64,000 nt of DNA from Bdellovibrio sp. (GTDB lineage Bacteria; Bdellovibrionota; Bdellovibrionia; Bdellovibrionales; Bdellovibrionaceae): assembly GCA_036676395.1 (NCBI GenBank), contig JAKFCY010000002.1:2144001-2208000 (forward strand), in the 5' to 3' direction. The notes beneath the pieces are model-generated. The model was not told the DNA's origin. It did not search any database and saw only the letters and a list, made by a program, of their open reading frames with translations. The position numbers were made by a program, and so were the translations under genes. Of the stretch, positions 18,533-28,724 are shown piece by piece. Numbering within the stretch: position 1 is the first letter of the stretch; each line of letters starts with the position of its first letter.

Positions 18533-20152
18533 TTAGTTGTGGTGAACGCGTTCTACGTACTCTGGGTAAGTCATATCGTAAGTCGTTAAATGATTCTTAT
18601 CGATTTCAAATACGCGCGTTGTGATTTCACGCAAGAAGAAACGATCATGCGATACCATCATCACTGTGCCCGGAAATTCTTTAATCGCCTTTAATAGCAC
18701 TTCACGAGATTTAATATCTAAGTGATTCGTTGGCTCATCCAGCACTAAGAAATTCACCGGCTCTGATAAAATACACGCTAAAATTACGCGAGACTTCTCA
18801 CCACCCGATAAAATCGAAATCTTTTTTTCTGCTTCTTCACCAGAAAACAAGAATGCTCCTAATAAACTCTTAATAGAACCAATCGTTGCATTCGGAACAC
18901 GAGATTCCATCTCTTGCATGATAGTGTTGTTCGGATTTAATAAATCTAAAGAGTTCTGCGAAAAATAGCCTACAGAAATAGAAGGCCCGACTGTGCATGT
19001 TCCTGCTGAAGCTTCAGTTTGCTTAGTGATGATTTTAAGTAAAGTCGATTTACCCGCACCATTCACACCGACTACGGCTACGCGGTCCATACGTTTAACT
19101 AACGCTGTCGCGTTGTTAAATACGTTTCTGTCACGGCCATCTTTTAAGTGATAAGTTTTGCCAAGTTTTTCAAACTTCACAACTTCATCACCTCCGCGTG
19201 GTGGCTCTGGCCAAACGAAATCCATCGCACGATCTTCTGGTGGAATTTCAATGCGATCAATCTTTTCTAATTTTTTAACACGGGATTGCACTTGCGCTGC
19301 ATGCGATGCACGCGCCGCAAAGCGCGCGATAAATTCTTCTTCTTTAGCTAACATATCGTCTTGGCGACGAGCTTGCGCGATTAATTGCTCTTTACGAATT
19401 TGACGTTCTTTATCATAGAAATCGTAATTACCACCGTACACAGTGATCGCTTTATTGGCGATTTCGATAGTTTTCGTCACAAGTCGATTCATAAAATCAC
19501 GATCATGCGAAGTCATTAAGACAGAGCCTTTAAAATCTTTAAGCCAAGCTTCAAGCCACACGATCGATTCAACATCTAAGTGATTCGTCGGCTCATCCAT
19601 TAATAAAACATCAGGCATTAATAATAAGATCTTAGCTAAGCTTGCACGCATTTTCCAACCGCCCGAGAACTGGCCGATATCCATTTGCATATCTTCTTTA
19701 GAAAAACCAAGACCACCTAAGATTGCAGAAGCACGCGGTTCTACATCGTAGCCACCCACAGCTTCAAACTGCTCTTGCAACACGCCGTATTTTTCAACGA
19801 CATCCATCATCTCATCTTCACCAAGATTTGGATCTTGTAAGCGCTCTTCGTAGTGCTTAATCATATCGACTACTTTATCTAAGCCTCCACTGGCTAACAC
19901 TTCAGCCAATACAGAACGGCCTTTCATGTTTTCGATACTTTGCGAGAAATAACCAATGCGAATTCTTTCAGGTTTAGAAATAGTGCCTTGATCAGGAGAC
20001 TCTTCGCCCATGATTAAACGAAAGATTGTCGTTTTACCCGCGCCATTAGAGCCGACCAGGCCGATTTTATCGCCAGGATTAATTTGAAATGACCCATTTG
20101 CGTATAAAATTTTAGTACCAACTTGTTTTGTAACGGCGTTAAAAGCGACCAT
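18533..20152 (-). CDS. ABC-F family ATPase (translation factor-like)
   Basis: Two NBDs (GSNGAGKT, FSGGW, LMDEPTNHLD; GVNGAGKS, LSGGE, LDEPTNHLD), no TM segments. Confidence 0.95.
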   Translation of the reverse strand: MVAFNAVTKQVGTKILYANGSFQINPGDKIGLVGSNGAGKTTIFRLIMGEESPDQGTISKPERIRIGYFSQSIENMKGRSVLAEVLASGGLDKVVDMIKHYEERLQDPNLGEDEMMDVVEKYGVLQEQFEAVGGYDVEPRASAILGGLGFSKEDMQMDIGQFSGGWKMRASLAKILLLMPDVLLMDEPTNHLDVESIVWLEAWLKDFKGSVLMTSHDRDFMNRLVTKTIEIANKAITVYGGNYDFYDKERQIRKEQLIAQARRQDDMLAKEEEFIARFAARASHAAQVQSRVKKLEKIDRIEIPPEDRAMDFVWPEPPRGGDEVVKFEKLGKTYHLKDGRDRNVFNNATALVKRMDRVAVVGVNGAGKSTLLKIITKQTEASAGTCTVGPSISVGYFSQNSLDLLNPNNTIMQEMESRVPNATIGSIKSLLGAFLFSGEEAEKKISILSGGEKSRVILACILSEPVNFLVLDEPTNHLDIKSREVLLKAIKEFPGTVMMVSHDRFFLREITTRVFEIDKNHLTTYDMTYPEYVERVHHN

Positions 20153-20291
20153 ATTTATTCCTAGGATTTCAATTAATTAATTTGAGACGTTTTATATTCT
20201 TTTTTGAGAATAATCAAAAAAAATTGGAAATACAATTCGCACCCAGGCTATTCTTAATTCATACAAGATCAATTAATCTGAGTGGAGCACT

Positions 20292-20359
20292 CTAAGGAGA
20301 CGTTATATGCGCCGAATTCACGACCATAACGATAAAGCACCAAAGTGACGTTGCGATAA
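20292..20359 (+). promoter_or_regulatory. Tandem sigma28-type promoters
   Basis: CTAA-N15-GCCGAATT (20292-20318) and TAAA-N15-TGCGATAA (20333-20359). Confidence 0.55.
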
Positions 20360-20487
20360 ATAAAATATCTTACCGTTTTTTTATGACGGAAACCGGTTTA
20401 CATGGTGTAGGCAATGGTTTCGAGTTGATTTCTTTACTAACGTAATAGGAGGTCACTAGCGGTTTGAAAAGAATACGGGTAATTCCG

Positions 20488-20589
20488 TATCCTTCTTTTG
20501 CCTCAAGGCAAACCAGAGGGAACTCTGGGACGCAAAGCTATAGGGGCTCGCTGTTTATTCAGCAAAAGCCAGCCAGCTACCAAAGGATA
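20488..20589 (+). ncRNA. c-di-GMP-I (GEMM-I) riboswitch within a standalone merRNA-like transcript (~20325/20366-20710)
   Basis: GGCAAACC-AGAG-GGAA-CTCT-GGGACGCAAAGCTATAGGGGCT...AGCCAGCTACC; closing helix TATCCTT/AAGGATA. Confidence 0.9.
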
Positions 20590-20665
20590 TAAGAACCTGC
20601 GGTGAAAACTGCAATGGAAGGAAAAACAAATACATATTATTTCATGGATTGGTTTCATTCCCCTT

Positions 20666-20710
20666 AACTCTAAACTTATCAGTGGATGACAAAGTTTAGA
20701 GTTTTTTTTT
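20666..20710 (+). terminator. Intrinsic terminator ending the riboswitch transcript
   Basis: AACTCTAAACTT-N14-AAGTTTAGAGTT followed by a T run; the next gene (mltD) is convergent. Confidence 0.8.
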
Positions 20711-20726
20711 GCTTAAAATAAACAAA

Positions 20727-22100
20727 TTAAATTCTAGGAATGCTTAATCTTACGCCAGCGCGTAGTTTCGACTTACGCTTAATATTGTTGGCTTTGCTCA
20801 ATTCAATAACAGATAGATTATATCTGTCTGCAATCGAGGCCAATGAATCGCCTCTTTTAACCACATAAAATTTGCTCGATGTGACGCTTTTTGAAGACGT
20901 TTTTTTCTTTTCTTTTGTCGATTTTCTTTCGATCAATGGCGTGCGGTCCGGAACGATTATTTTTTGCCCGACACGGATAGTTTTCTTACGCGAAAAATCA
21001 TTTAATTCGCGTAAGTACGCCACTGTTGTTCTGTACTTACGGGCAATCGCTCCTAAGTTGTCACCACGGCGAACTTTGTAGTGCTGAGTTTCAACCTGGT
21101 CAGGCACGAAATCTACAAGGCTTGCGACCGAGTTTTGCGCCGCTAAGGTAGCTACTTCCATTGTGCCTGCAGGAATACGTAAACTTAAAGTGTTGTCAGC
21201 TAAATCAAGAGGCGCTATTTCGCCTTTGAATTTTGGATTTAAATCTTTAAAGTCTTCGTAATTGAAATTCATTTTTTCGGCCATGATACGAAGATTGACT
21301 GGCTCTTTTAATGTAACGTGATCAAATTCAATAGGTGTCATGTAATCGATGCCTTCAAATCCGTATTTATCCGGATTTTTTGCAATCAATTTTGCCGCGA
21401 TATATTTTGGAACGTAATTATCAGTCTCTGCAGGCAAGGCTTTACGGTTTTTTGAAAGCTCCCAAAAATCTTTTGTTTTGTATTTTCTAACGGCTTTGAT
21501 CACACGGCCTTCACCCACATTGTAGGCCGCCATTGATAAATACCAAGAATTAAAAATGCCGTATAAGTCTCTGAAATACTCGGCGGCCGCTTGGGTGGCT
21601 AAAACTGGATCGCGACGCTCATCAACCATTTTATTAATATCTAATTTATAACGTTTTCCTGTACCGCGAATAAATTGCCAGTAACCCACAGCCGATGCAT
21701 GTGATCTTGCTGAAGAGCTAAAACCTGATTCGATTAAAGCGATGTAGAATAAATCTTCTGGTAATTTATTATCGCGTAAAACTTTTTTCATTAACGCTTC
21801 ATAACGCGTAGAACGGGCTAAATAACGCTCCATGTGCGGACGACCGCGGCCTTGAAAGTATTTGATCCACATTTCAACTTTTTCATTAATTTCTGTGGGG
21901 ATGGTCTCAAGCTCTTGGTTTTCAGAAATTTTGGAGTTAGTCGCTTTCGCGCTTTCTTTTTCGCTTTCAGAGACGCGAAATTTTTCTAGGTCGCCTTCTT
22001 TATTATACTCAGTTGTCGGTCCTGTAGATTTAGAATTCGTTACACAACCAAATGAAACACATAATAAAGACATCAATAATAACCTAGATGTTAGTCGCAC
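20727..22100 (-). CDS. mltD: Membrane-bound lytic murein transglycosylase D-like lipoprotein (SLT + 2 LysM)
   Basis: Lipobox SFG-C; ALIESGF, AVGYWQF, AAYNVGEG, ETDNYVPK; LysM repeats YKVRRGDNL and YVVKRGDSL. Confidence 0.92.
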   Translation of the reverse strand: MRLTSRLLLMSLLCVSFGCVTNSKSTGPTTEYNKEGDLEKFRVSESEKESAKATNSKISENQELETIPTEINEKVEMWIKYFQGRGRPHMERYLARSTRYEALMKKVLRDNKLPEDLFYIALIESGFSSSARSHASAVGYWQFIRGTGKRYKLDINKMVDERRDPVLATQAAAEYFRDLYGIFNSWYLSMAAYNVGEGRVIKAVRKYKTKDFWELSKNRKALPAETDNYVPKYIAAKLIAKNPDKYGFEGIDYMTPIEFDHVTLKEPVNLRIMAEKMNFNYEDFKDLNPKFKGEIAPLDLADNTLSLRIPAGTMEVATLAAQNSVASLVDFVPDQVETQHYKVRRGDNLGAIARKYRTTVAYLRELNDFSRKKTIRVGQKIIVPDRTPLIERKSTKEKKKTSSKSVTSSKFYVVKRGDSLASIADRYNLSVIELSKANNIKRKSKLRAGVRLSIPRI

Positions 22101-22174
22101 GCGATGCTCCCCCCAAAATTTAAGGCTACAAGTGAAGAGCAGCGTTTACAAGACTATATTTTACCTGTGGCGAT

Positions 22175-24148
22175 TTACGGCAATTCAGACACAATTTTTA
22201 GTGTAGTGGCTTTGATTTCTTTTAACATTTCTTCAGGCGTATTACGACTAAGGGCCTGCTCGCGCAATGATTCTGGCGCAAATCCCACCATCTGAAAATA
22301 ATCAAAAAGTTCATTCAATTTTTTCTCGTAACTTTGGCGGTAGTTTTCGGGCATTTTATAAAACAAAGCCGCCCAGTCTTGCGTAGCACTCTGTTCTTGT
22401 GCCAAGTGGGCCGTTACTAAATAAAGTAAATTAATCGATTCGGCACCAAACAAACGGTAATCTTTATTTTTAACAGCACCTTCTAAAACTTTTAATTTTG
22501 TTTCTACTTTAAAAGATAACTGCGGCGCCATTCGCAAATTTTTAAGAGCTAATAAAAACTGCGCAATGACAGCAATAACCGCAATCATTGAAAGGCTGAC
22601 CAAGATCGGAAGCTTCGCATCAGCTGTCGGCAACCATGAAGAACTTAGCTCGGTCACCGGTAAAAATACTTTTTCGGCTTCAGCTTTTTGCGCCTCAATG
22701 GTATCACTGGCTTTAAGCGGCGCAAGGCTAGAGCCCTTCACCGCTTCAGTGATATTGATACTGAATTCTTCAGTTGATTTTGTGATGTACTGTTTTAACG
22801 TCGGGTCAAAATACGAAAAATTAATCTGCGGAATTTTAACTTCACCAGGTGTTTTCGCGATCACTAAAATTTCAAATTCTTTAAAACTTAATCCATCTTT
22901 AAAAAATTTAGATTCACTTTTTGTATCATAAACTTCTAAATTCTCGGGCCATTTGATTTCAGGCAATTCGATCACCTTGGCATTACCCTGCCCTTCTAAA
23001 CGCACCCGTAATGAAATCGGCTGCCCTGCCGGAAACTGCGTGCCATCAACTTGGGTTTGAATTTGAAACTGCCCCACGGCTCCAGAAAACGATAAAGGTT
23101 TTCCTTCTGTTGGCAGTGGCAGCACCGTGATTTCTGCGCGCTTTGAGGCCTTGGTGTATTCTTGCTGTGAACCCCAGCCAAACTGGGTCGGTAGACGAAC
23201 TTTGGCTTTAATTTTAAATTCATCGATCGTGGTTTTTCCGGGCTTAATCGGAAACAGCGCATGCGCTGCCAACAAGGCTTTTTTATACATTAGGCCATTC
23301 ACCATCTCTTCAGTGAATTGCAGCGACGGCACTTCTTCGATGATTTCTTTCCAGAAACCTTTTAAATCCGGAAATTTGGCGCGATCTAAAGAATCTAAAT
23401 TACCGCGCGTATAAATATGCCAAGTAGCGGTGATTTGTTCACCTTCATAAGCTGTTTTTTTATCGGCTTCTAATAAAAGAAAAAAAGCTTCGTTGGTGTT
23501 TAAATTTTCAATCGTGCGTGAAGGAATTTGATTATTTGGCACCTGGTTAAAATTTGGCGCGCCTCTTCCGCCGCCCAGGCCTTGCCCCATTTGCTTTTGC
23601 ACTTCTTCTAACATTTTCTGCCGCTGCTTCATCAGCTGTGCAAACATATCTTCGTCAGCTTGAAATGGGTCATCTTCATCGTCTTTAAATTGCGGGCGCC
23701 CGGCAATGTTTGGGCGCTGCTGTCTTTGGGCTTGGCTATTTTGTGAAACAGAAATTTTTTGCGGCGCCGATCTGATTTGTTTGCCGTTCACTTCAACCGT
23801 AATGGCCGGAATCGTTACAATCCCCGCCTTAATAGCTTCGAACTGAAAAATATATTGCTGCGATACTGTTTTTGAAAAATCGGTTTTACCATTTACAAAA
23901 TTCATGCGCGTTGACGAAGACTGTCCGGCATTTTGCCCTTGTAAAAACTTTAACCCCGCAATATCTGAAATCTGCGGGTCATTCATTTGAAAATCATCAG
24001 ATGACTGCACCGTTAAACTAATTTGAACCGTATCACCAAGCCCTACTGATTCAGGCTGAATTTCAACTTTTAAGGTCTCTGCGGCAAAGGCCATCACCGC
24101 GCAGACTTGAATAAATAAAATAAATAATGCTTTACCAATCTTTTGCAT
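22175..24148 (-). CDS. batD: BatD family protein
   Basis: Signal peptide, repeated Ig-like segments, FSGAVGQF, GQGN, FSYFDP, C-terminal TM; position in bat operon. Confidence 0.85.
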   Translation of the reverse strand: MQKIGKALFILFIQVCAVMAFAAETLKVEIQPESVGLGDTVQISLTVQSSDDFQMNDPQISDIAGLKFLQGQNAGQSSSTRMNFVNGKTDFSKTVSQQYIFQFEAIKAGIVTIPAITVEVNGKQIRSAPQKISVSQNSQAQRQQRPNIAGRPQFKDDEDDPFQADEDMFAQLMKQRQKMLEEVQKQMGQGLGGGRGAPNFNQVPNNQIPSRTIENLNTNEAFFLLLEADKKTAYEGEQITATWHIYTRGNLDSLDRAKFPDLKGFWKEIIEEVPSLQFTEEMVNGLMYKKALLAAHALFPIKPGKTTIDEFKIKAKVRLPTQFGWGSQQEYTKASKRAEITVLPLPTEGKPLSFSGAVGQFQIQTQVDGTQFPAGQPISLRVRLEGQGNAKVIELPEIKWPENLEVYDTKSESKFFKDGLSFKEFEILVIAKTPGEVKIPQINFSYFDPTLKQYITKSTEEFSINITEAVKGSSLAPLKASDTIEAQKAEAEKVFLPVTELSSSWLPTADAKLPILVSLSMIAVIAVIAQFLLALKNLRMAPQLSFKVETKLKVLEGAVKNKDYRLFGAESINLLYLVTAHLAQEQSATQDWAALFYKMPENYRQSYEKKLNELFDYFQMVGFAPESLREQALSRNTPEEMLKEIKATTLKIVSELP

Positions 24149-24899
24149 TTTTATCCTCTTTGCGATCTTTTTTATTATAATTAGCGCGAATTTTTTTATC
24201 TTGCTGTGATAATTCACCTAAGATTTTTTTAACATCAGCTTCGCTTAACTGCTCGCCTTTAAATGGGCGAGGTTTATATTTAGAGGTCTGCTGGCGGTCT
24301 TTTTCTTGTTCTTTGTCTTTGTTTTTTTCTTTATCTTCGCCATCATTGGGGTCTTTATTTTCGCCCTTACCGTCTTGGTCTTTTTTATCAGACTTACCGT
24401 CGCCGCCGCCACCTTGCTGCTGCTGAATCAGTAATTCGATATTGTGCTTAGTTTCAAGCGAGGCCGGGTTAACATCTAAAGCTTTCTGGTAAAATTCTAA
24501 AGCTTTTTCAGTTTCTTTAGCGTGGTGATAACGTAAACCTAAATTATAATAAATTTGAAATATATCACCCGGGTATAATTGCTCTTTGTAACGCTCTAAT
24601 AAATTTAAGGCTAAATCAAAAGACTGTCCTGATTCATCTTTTTTCTGTAAAGCATCAAAGATAATTCCTAGGTTAGAATGGGTTTGAATCGAAAGTGGGT
24701 CATTTTCTAAAATTTTTAATTCGTAGTCTAAGGCTATTTCTGGATTTTTATCTTTAAGAGCGCTACGGGCTTTATAGTCATAATAAAGCGAACCTAAACT
24801 TGGCCATGGTAATTTATCGTTAGCTGCGACTGGCGCAGAAACTTGCGCCAAAGCGGTCGCAGAAACAAGCAAACTTAAAAGAAAAGACTTAAAATTCAT
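24132..24899 (-). CDS. batC: BatC-like TPR protein
   Basis: TPR repeats (YYNLG..., YQKALDVNP), low-complexity linker, terminal KDW. Confidence 0.8.
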   Translation of the reverse strand: MNFKSFLLSLLVSATALAQVSAPVAANDKLPWPSLGSLYYDYKARSALKDKNPEIALDYELKILENDPLSIQTHSNLGIIFDALQKKDESGQSFDLALNLLERYKEQLYPGDIFQIYYNLGLRYHHAKETEKALEFYQKALDVNPASLETKHNIELLIQQQQGGGGDGKSDKKDQDGKGENKDPNDGEDKEKNKDKEQEKDRQQTSKYKPRPFKGEQLSEADVKKILGELSQQDKKIRANYNKKDRKEDKNAKDW

Positions 24900-25950
24900 A
24901 ACGTCCTTTCCACATGATTGGTTCTTTTTTGCGATCACTGATTAATAAACTTAATAATAAAATCACTAAACCTAAAGCTAACGGATAACTAAATTTTTCG
25001 TCGTATTGCACAACCATCGACGAATCAAAAAGCGCTTTTTCATAAAGATTAATATCCTGCGCGATTTGTTTTAAATGGCTACCCTCTGCCGACGCGAAAT
25101 AAAAACTGCCTTCACCGGCTTGCGCTAAAGATTTTAAAAATTCACCTTTAACCTGAGTGATAATAACTTCGCCCTGTTTATTTTTTTTCGACCCCGTTAA
25201 ATTACCAAAGGGATCACGCGTCGGAATACTTCCGCCTTTTTCAGTGCCGTAGGCGATAGAAATAATTTTAACGCCGTCTTTAGCCAATTGTTTTGCGGCT
25301 TCAAGAGCACCTTCTTCTTGGTCTTCACCATCTGAAGCTACAATAATTACGCGCGTTGTTTTTAAATCATTTGATTGTGTTACGCCGCCTTTTTCAAAAG
25401 CCTCTTTAGCAAATGATAACGCAGGTTCAAAAGCTGTTCCTTGCGTCGATACGGCGTACGTATCTAACGACGAGATATATAATTTAAGCGCACCGGGATC
25501 AGAAGTTAACGGCGACATTAGCGCGGCACTTCCCGCAAAAGCGATTAAGCCTGTTTTATTACCCGGCATTAAATCCATCAATTTAGCTAATTCGATTTTC
25601 ATTTGTTCTAAACGCGACGGGCGCACATCTTCGGCTAACATCGAATCTGAAACATCAGCCACGATCATAAGCTCGACACCTTCAGATTTTACTTCTTGTT
25701 CTGATTGGCCCATTTGCGGGCGCGCTAACGCTGTGATCAGAAAAAATCCGGCTAAGGCTTGTAAAAATAATTGTAAGCGGCGTTTCGGTAACGAAACACT
25801 GGCGCGAAGCCACGGCACAACTTTTTTACCGAAAGCTTGGTTTAATTTTTTTTCTGAGTTTTTCTCGAAATAAAAATATAATAAAACCCAAATACCCAGC
25901 AATATTAAAAAACTAAAGGCCGATGCATTACCCCAGCGTAAGACTGACAT
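24889..25950 (-). CDS. batB: BatB-like VWA domain protein
   Basis: ALARPQ, MIDAS DVSDSM, SDGED; second VWA gene of the operon. Confidence 0.85.
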   Translation of the reverse strand: MSVLRWGNASAFSFLILLGIWVLLYFYFEKNSEKKLNQAFGKKVVPWLRASVSLPKRRLQLFLQALAGFFLITALARPQMGQSEQEVKSEGVELMIVADVSDSMLAEDVRPSRLEQMKIELAKLMDLMPGNKTGLIAFAGSAALMSPLTSDPGALKLYISSLDTYAVSTQGTAFEPALSFAKEAFEKGGVTQSNDLKTTRVIIVASDGEDQEEGALEAAKQLAKDGVKIISIAYGTEKGGSIPTRDPFGNLTGSKKNKQGEVIITQVKGEFLKSLAQAGEGSFYFASAEGSHLKQIAQDINLYEKALFDSSMVVQYDEKFSYPLALGLVILLLSLLISDRKKEPIMWKGRYEF

Positions 25951-26972
25951 TAGGGCCCCCGTCTTAAAAATGAGTAATTTAAAATGCGGTTAATTAAAAA
26001 CAAGATGATTCCCCAAATTAAGAACTGATAGAAAAATTCGTTATATCTGACAAACTTTTGATCTTCGATTTTAGTTGTCTCTAAGCTATTGATCTCGTTA
26101 AATACGCCGGCTAATGAATCTTCACGCGTGGCTCTGAAATATTTTCCGCCCGTGCTTGAGGCCATTAAACCTAACAGCTCATCATTTACGGTGCTTTCAA
26201 AAGGTTGGTAACGTTTTACTTTATTACCGAACATATCTGTTGAATAGATGGGTAATTTTGTCGGGCCCGATTTACCAATACCGATCGAATAAATTTTAAT
26301 CCCGTAACCTTTAGCGATCTCTAACCCAGTTTCAGGATCAATCATGCCCGAGTTATTTTCACCATCAGTTAAAAAAATCATGACCCGCTCTTTGGCCTGT
26401 GAATCTTTTAATCTGGCAGCACCGGCTGCTGTCGCCACACCGATCGCCGTGCCATCTTTAATACGGGCTGCCTGCGCAGTTTTAATTTGGGCGATACGCT
26501 GTTCGATCAGCTGGTAATCTAAAGTTGGCGGCACCAGCGTAAACGCTTCGCCAGCAAAGATCACAATACCAATACGGTCAGAAGTTCTTTGTTTAATAAA
26601 ATTAGCGATGGTTTCTTTGGCTGATTCTAGACGATTTGTCGGCTTCATGTCTTCGATTAACATCGAATCTGAAATATCTAAGACGATCACGATATCTAAA
26701 CCATCCAATGTGCGTTTAACTCTTTCATCACGCGTTTGTGGGCGCGCTAAGGCCACGATCATAAATGCTAAACTGATAAATAATAACAGCGTATTAAAAC
26801 GCACCAGCTGCACTTTACCCCGGCCGGCCCAAGGTTTAAATAATTGCACGGTGCTAATTTGAAACGTGGCTTTATTTTTTTGCGAACGTGCATATAACCA
26901 GTAAATGACCGGTAACAATAACAGCAGTAAAAAAGCCCAGGGCTGCGCCCAGATAAACCCAAAGATCGTCAT
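25950..26972 (-). CDS. batA: BatA-like VWA domain protein
   Basis: ALARPQ, DISDSM, DGTAIG, LTDGENNSG, TGGKYFRA. Confidence 0.87.
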   Translation of the reverse strand: MTIFGFIWAQPWAFLLLLLLPVIYWLYARSQKNKATFQISTVQLFKPWAGRGKVQLVRFNTLLLFISLAFMIVALARPQTRDERVKRTLDGLDIVIVLDISDSMLIEDMKPTNRLESAKETIANFIKQRTSDRIGIVIFAGEAFTLVPPTLDYQLIEQRIAQIKTAQAARIKDGTAIGVATAAGAARLKDSQAKERVMIFLTDGENNSGMIDPETGLEIAKGYGIKIYSIGIGKSGPTKLPIYSTDMFGNKVKRYQPFESTVNDELLGLMASSTGGKYFRATREDSLAGVFNEINSLETTKIEDQKFVRYNEFFYQFLIWGIILFLINRILNYSFLRRGP

Positions 26973-27826
26973 TTGCCGAAACCTCCGGTTTTTGCGGTAG
27001 TTTCACAACGATTAATAAATTCATAAAAACGTCTGATAAATTTAGTTTTTTGTTCAGTCGTTATGTTTGCATCTTTTGATAATAACTCGATGTCTTTAAC
27101 GATATTATAAACCTGACGACGCAGCTCTTTTAATTGCGGGTGACGCTTTTTAATAAAGCTGATGGTTTCTTTTAAATCTAAATTAAAAATCGGCACACCA
27201 AACCGGCGTAAGATATAAACTTTGGCCGCTTTTTCAATTTCAGCAATCGGATAATCTTTTTTCTCGATTTCACGAATGGTTTTATAAAACTGGTTATCTG
27301 CAGCCTGAACTGAATCGTATGCCAGCACCACTTCAGCTAAACGCTTCCAGCGCTGCGACCGGGCAGCCAGCATAATCGCCTGCACAATAACGGCTAAGAT
27401 TAATGCTGCAAAAATTAAAGTATAAGCCATCGGCCAATGCAGACTGCTGATCGCAAAACCAAACGGTTTAGGTGGCTCTTTTGCCTGCGGGTCAGGTTTT
27501 GGTAAAACTGAAACCACTTCAAAAGTTTGTTGCCCCATTGAAATCTGCAAGTTGCCATCCGAAATAATCATATTCGGAAACTGCACTTTACCTGCAGCAT
27601 ATAAAGTCATATCGACTTCAAAACTTTCGGTGCTTCGGGCTTCGGCTTTAAATAATTTAAAAACAAATTTAGTTTGTTCGTCTGTTAAAAACTGCGCTTT
27701 GGTAAAATCAAATGATTTATCCCAAGTGCCCTCACACGATAAGAAAAAATGACGACCCACAGTCAGCTCTTGTGACTTTAAATCCGAAACCTCAGGAATG
27801 TTGACTGTGCACTTCACCTCAGCCAT
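26969..27826 (-). CDS. Bat-operon membrane protein (single TM)
   Basis: Translationally coupled between DUF58 and batA; one central TM helix. Confidence 0.7.
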   Translation of the reverse strand: MAEVKCTVNIPEVSDLKSQELTVGRHFFLSCEGTWDKSFDFTKAQFLTDEQTKFVFKLFKAEARSTESFEVDMTLYAAGKVQFPNMIISDGNLQISMGQQTFEVVSVLPKPDPQAKEPPKPFGFAISSLHWPMAYTLIFAALILAVIVQAIMLAARSQRWKRLAEVVLAYDSVQAADNQFYKTIREIEKKDYPIAEIEKAAKVYILRRFGVPIFNLDLKETISFIKKRHPQLKELRRQVYNIVKDIELLSKDANITTEQKTKFIRRFYEFINRCETTAKTGGFGK

Positions 27827-28716
27827 TACCGAGACTTCCTTCTTTTAAAAAAGGCTAATAATGATTTGTGAAAGTTTTCATCGGCTTCAAAAGTAAAACT
27901 ATCAATGCCCGAACGTTTTAGATTTTTTTGAAATTTTTCAAAGTCATTTTTAAATTTACTTTGCATCTCTTCACGAAACGCAGGGTTTGAGGTGTCGATT
28001 AAAATAGATTCACCAGATTCAGCATCATGTAGATCAATTAAGCCCACGTCCGGAAACATAAATTCTGCAGGATCAGTCACAAGCCCTGCGATGACTTCGT
28101 GCTTTTTTTCTAAGTAAGTTAATGAATTTTCATAACCCTGATCTTGAAAATCACTTAATACAAAAATCGTTGCACGTTTTTTTAAAACTCCGCGCAAGAA
28201 ATCTAAGGCCGAACTGATTTTAGTTTTAGTTGATTTGGGTTTAAAAAATAATATTTCACGTAAAATGCGGTAAACATGCTGTTTACCTTTTTTCGGCGGA
28301 ACGTAAAGTTCAACTTCATCCGAAAACAGGCATAAACCCACATGGTCATTATTGCGAATCGCCGAAAACGCTAACGTCGCAGCCACATAAGCCAGAGTTT
28401 CACCTTTGAAATTATCGCGCGAGCCGAAATCCTGAGAACCCGACACATCGACCACGATCATCATGGTTAATTCGCGCTCTTCTTCAAAAGTTTTGACGTA
28501 CGGTTTACCCGCACGGGCCATTAACGTCCACGAAATATTGCGCACGTCATCGCCGGCCACGTATTCGCGAAAATCCGAAAACGTCATGCCTTGGCCTTTG
28601 AATTTAGTGTGGTATTCGCCGGCAAAAATATTATTCACCATCTTGCGCGTATCAATTTCAATGCGCTTGATTTTTTTTAATATTTCTGCGGGCACCTGTT
28701 GCTGTTCAGCCATCAA
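27826..28716 (-). CDS. DUF58 family protein
   Basis: GQGMTFSDFREYVAGDDVRNISW, EEERE, VDVSGS, LSDF. Confidence 0.92.
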   Translation of the reverse strand: MMAEQQQVPAEILKKIKRIEIDTRKMVNNIFAGEYHTKFKGQGMTFSDFREYVAGDDVRNISWTLMARAGKPYVKTFEEERELTMMIVVDVSGSQDFGSRDNFKGETLAYVAATLAFSAIRNNDHVGLCLFSDEVELYVPPKKGKQHVYRILREILFFKPKSTKTKISSALDFLRGVLKKRATIFVLSDFQDQGYENSLTYLEKKHEVIAGLVTDPAEFMFPDVGLIDLHDAESGESILIDTSNPAFREEMQSKFKNDFEKFQKNLKRSGIDSFTFEADENFHKSLLAFFKRRKSR

Positions 28717-28724
28717 TTAACTCT

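Noticed and set aside
20464..20592. 42-codon TTG ORF running through the riboswitch, downstream of AGGAGG
   Set aside because: RBS spacing is long (11 nt), the start codon is weak, and the sequence is fully explained by aptamer constraints.
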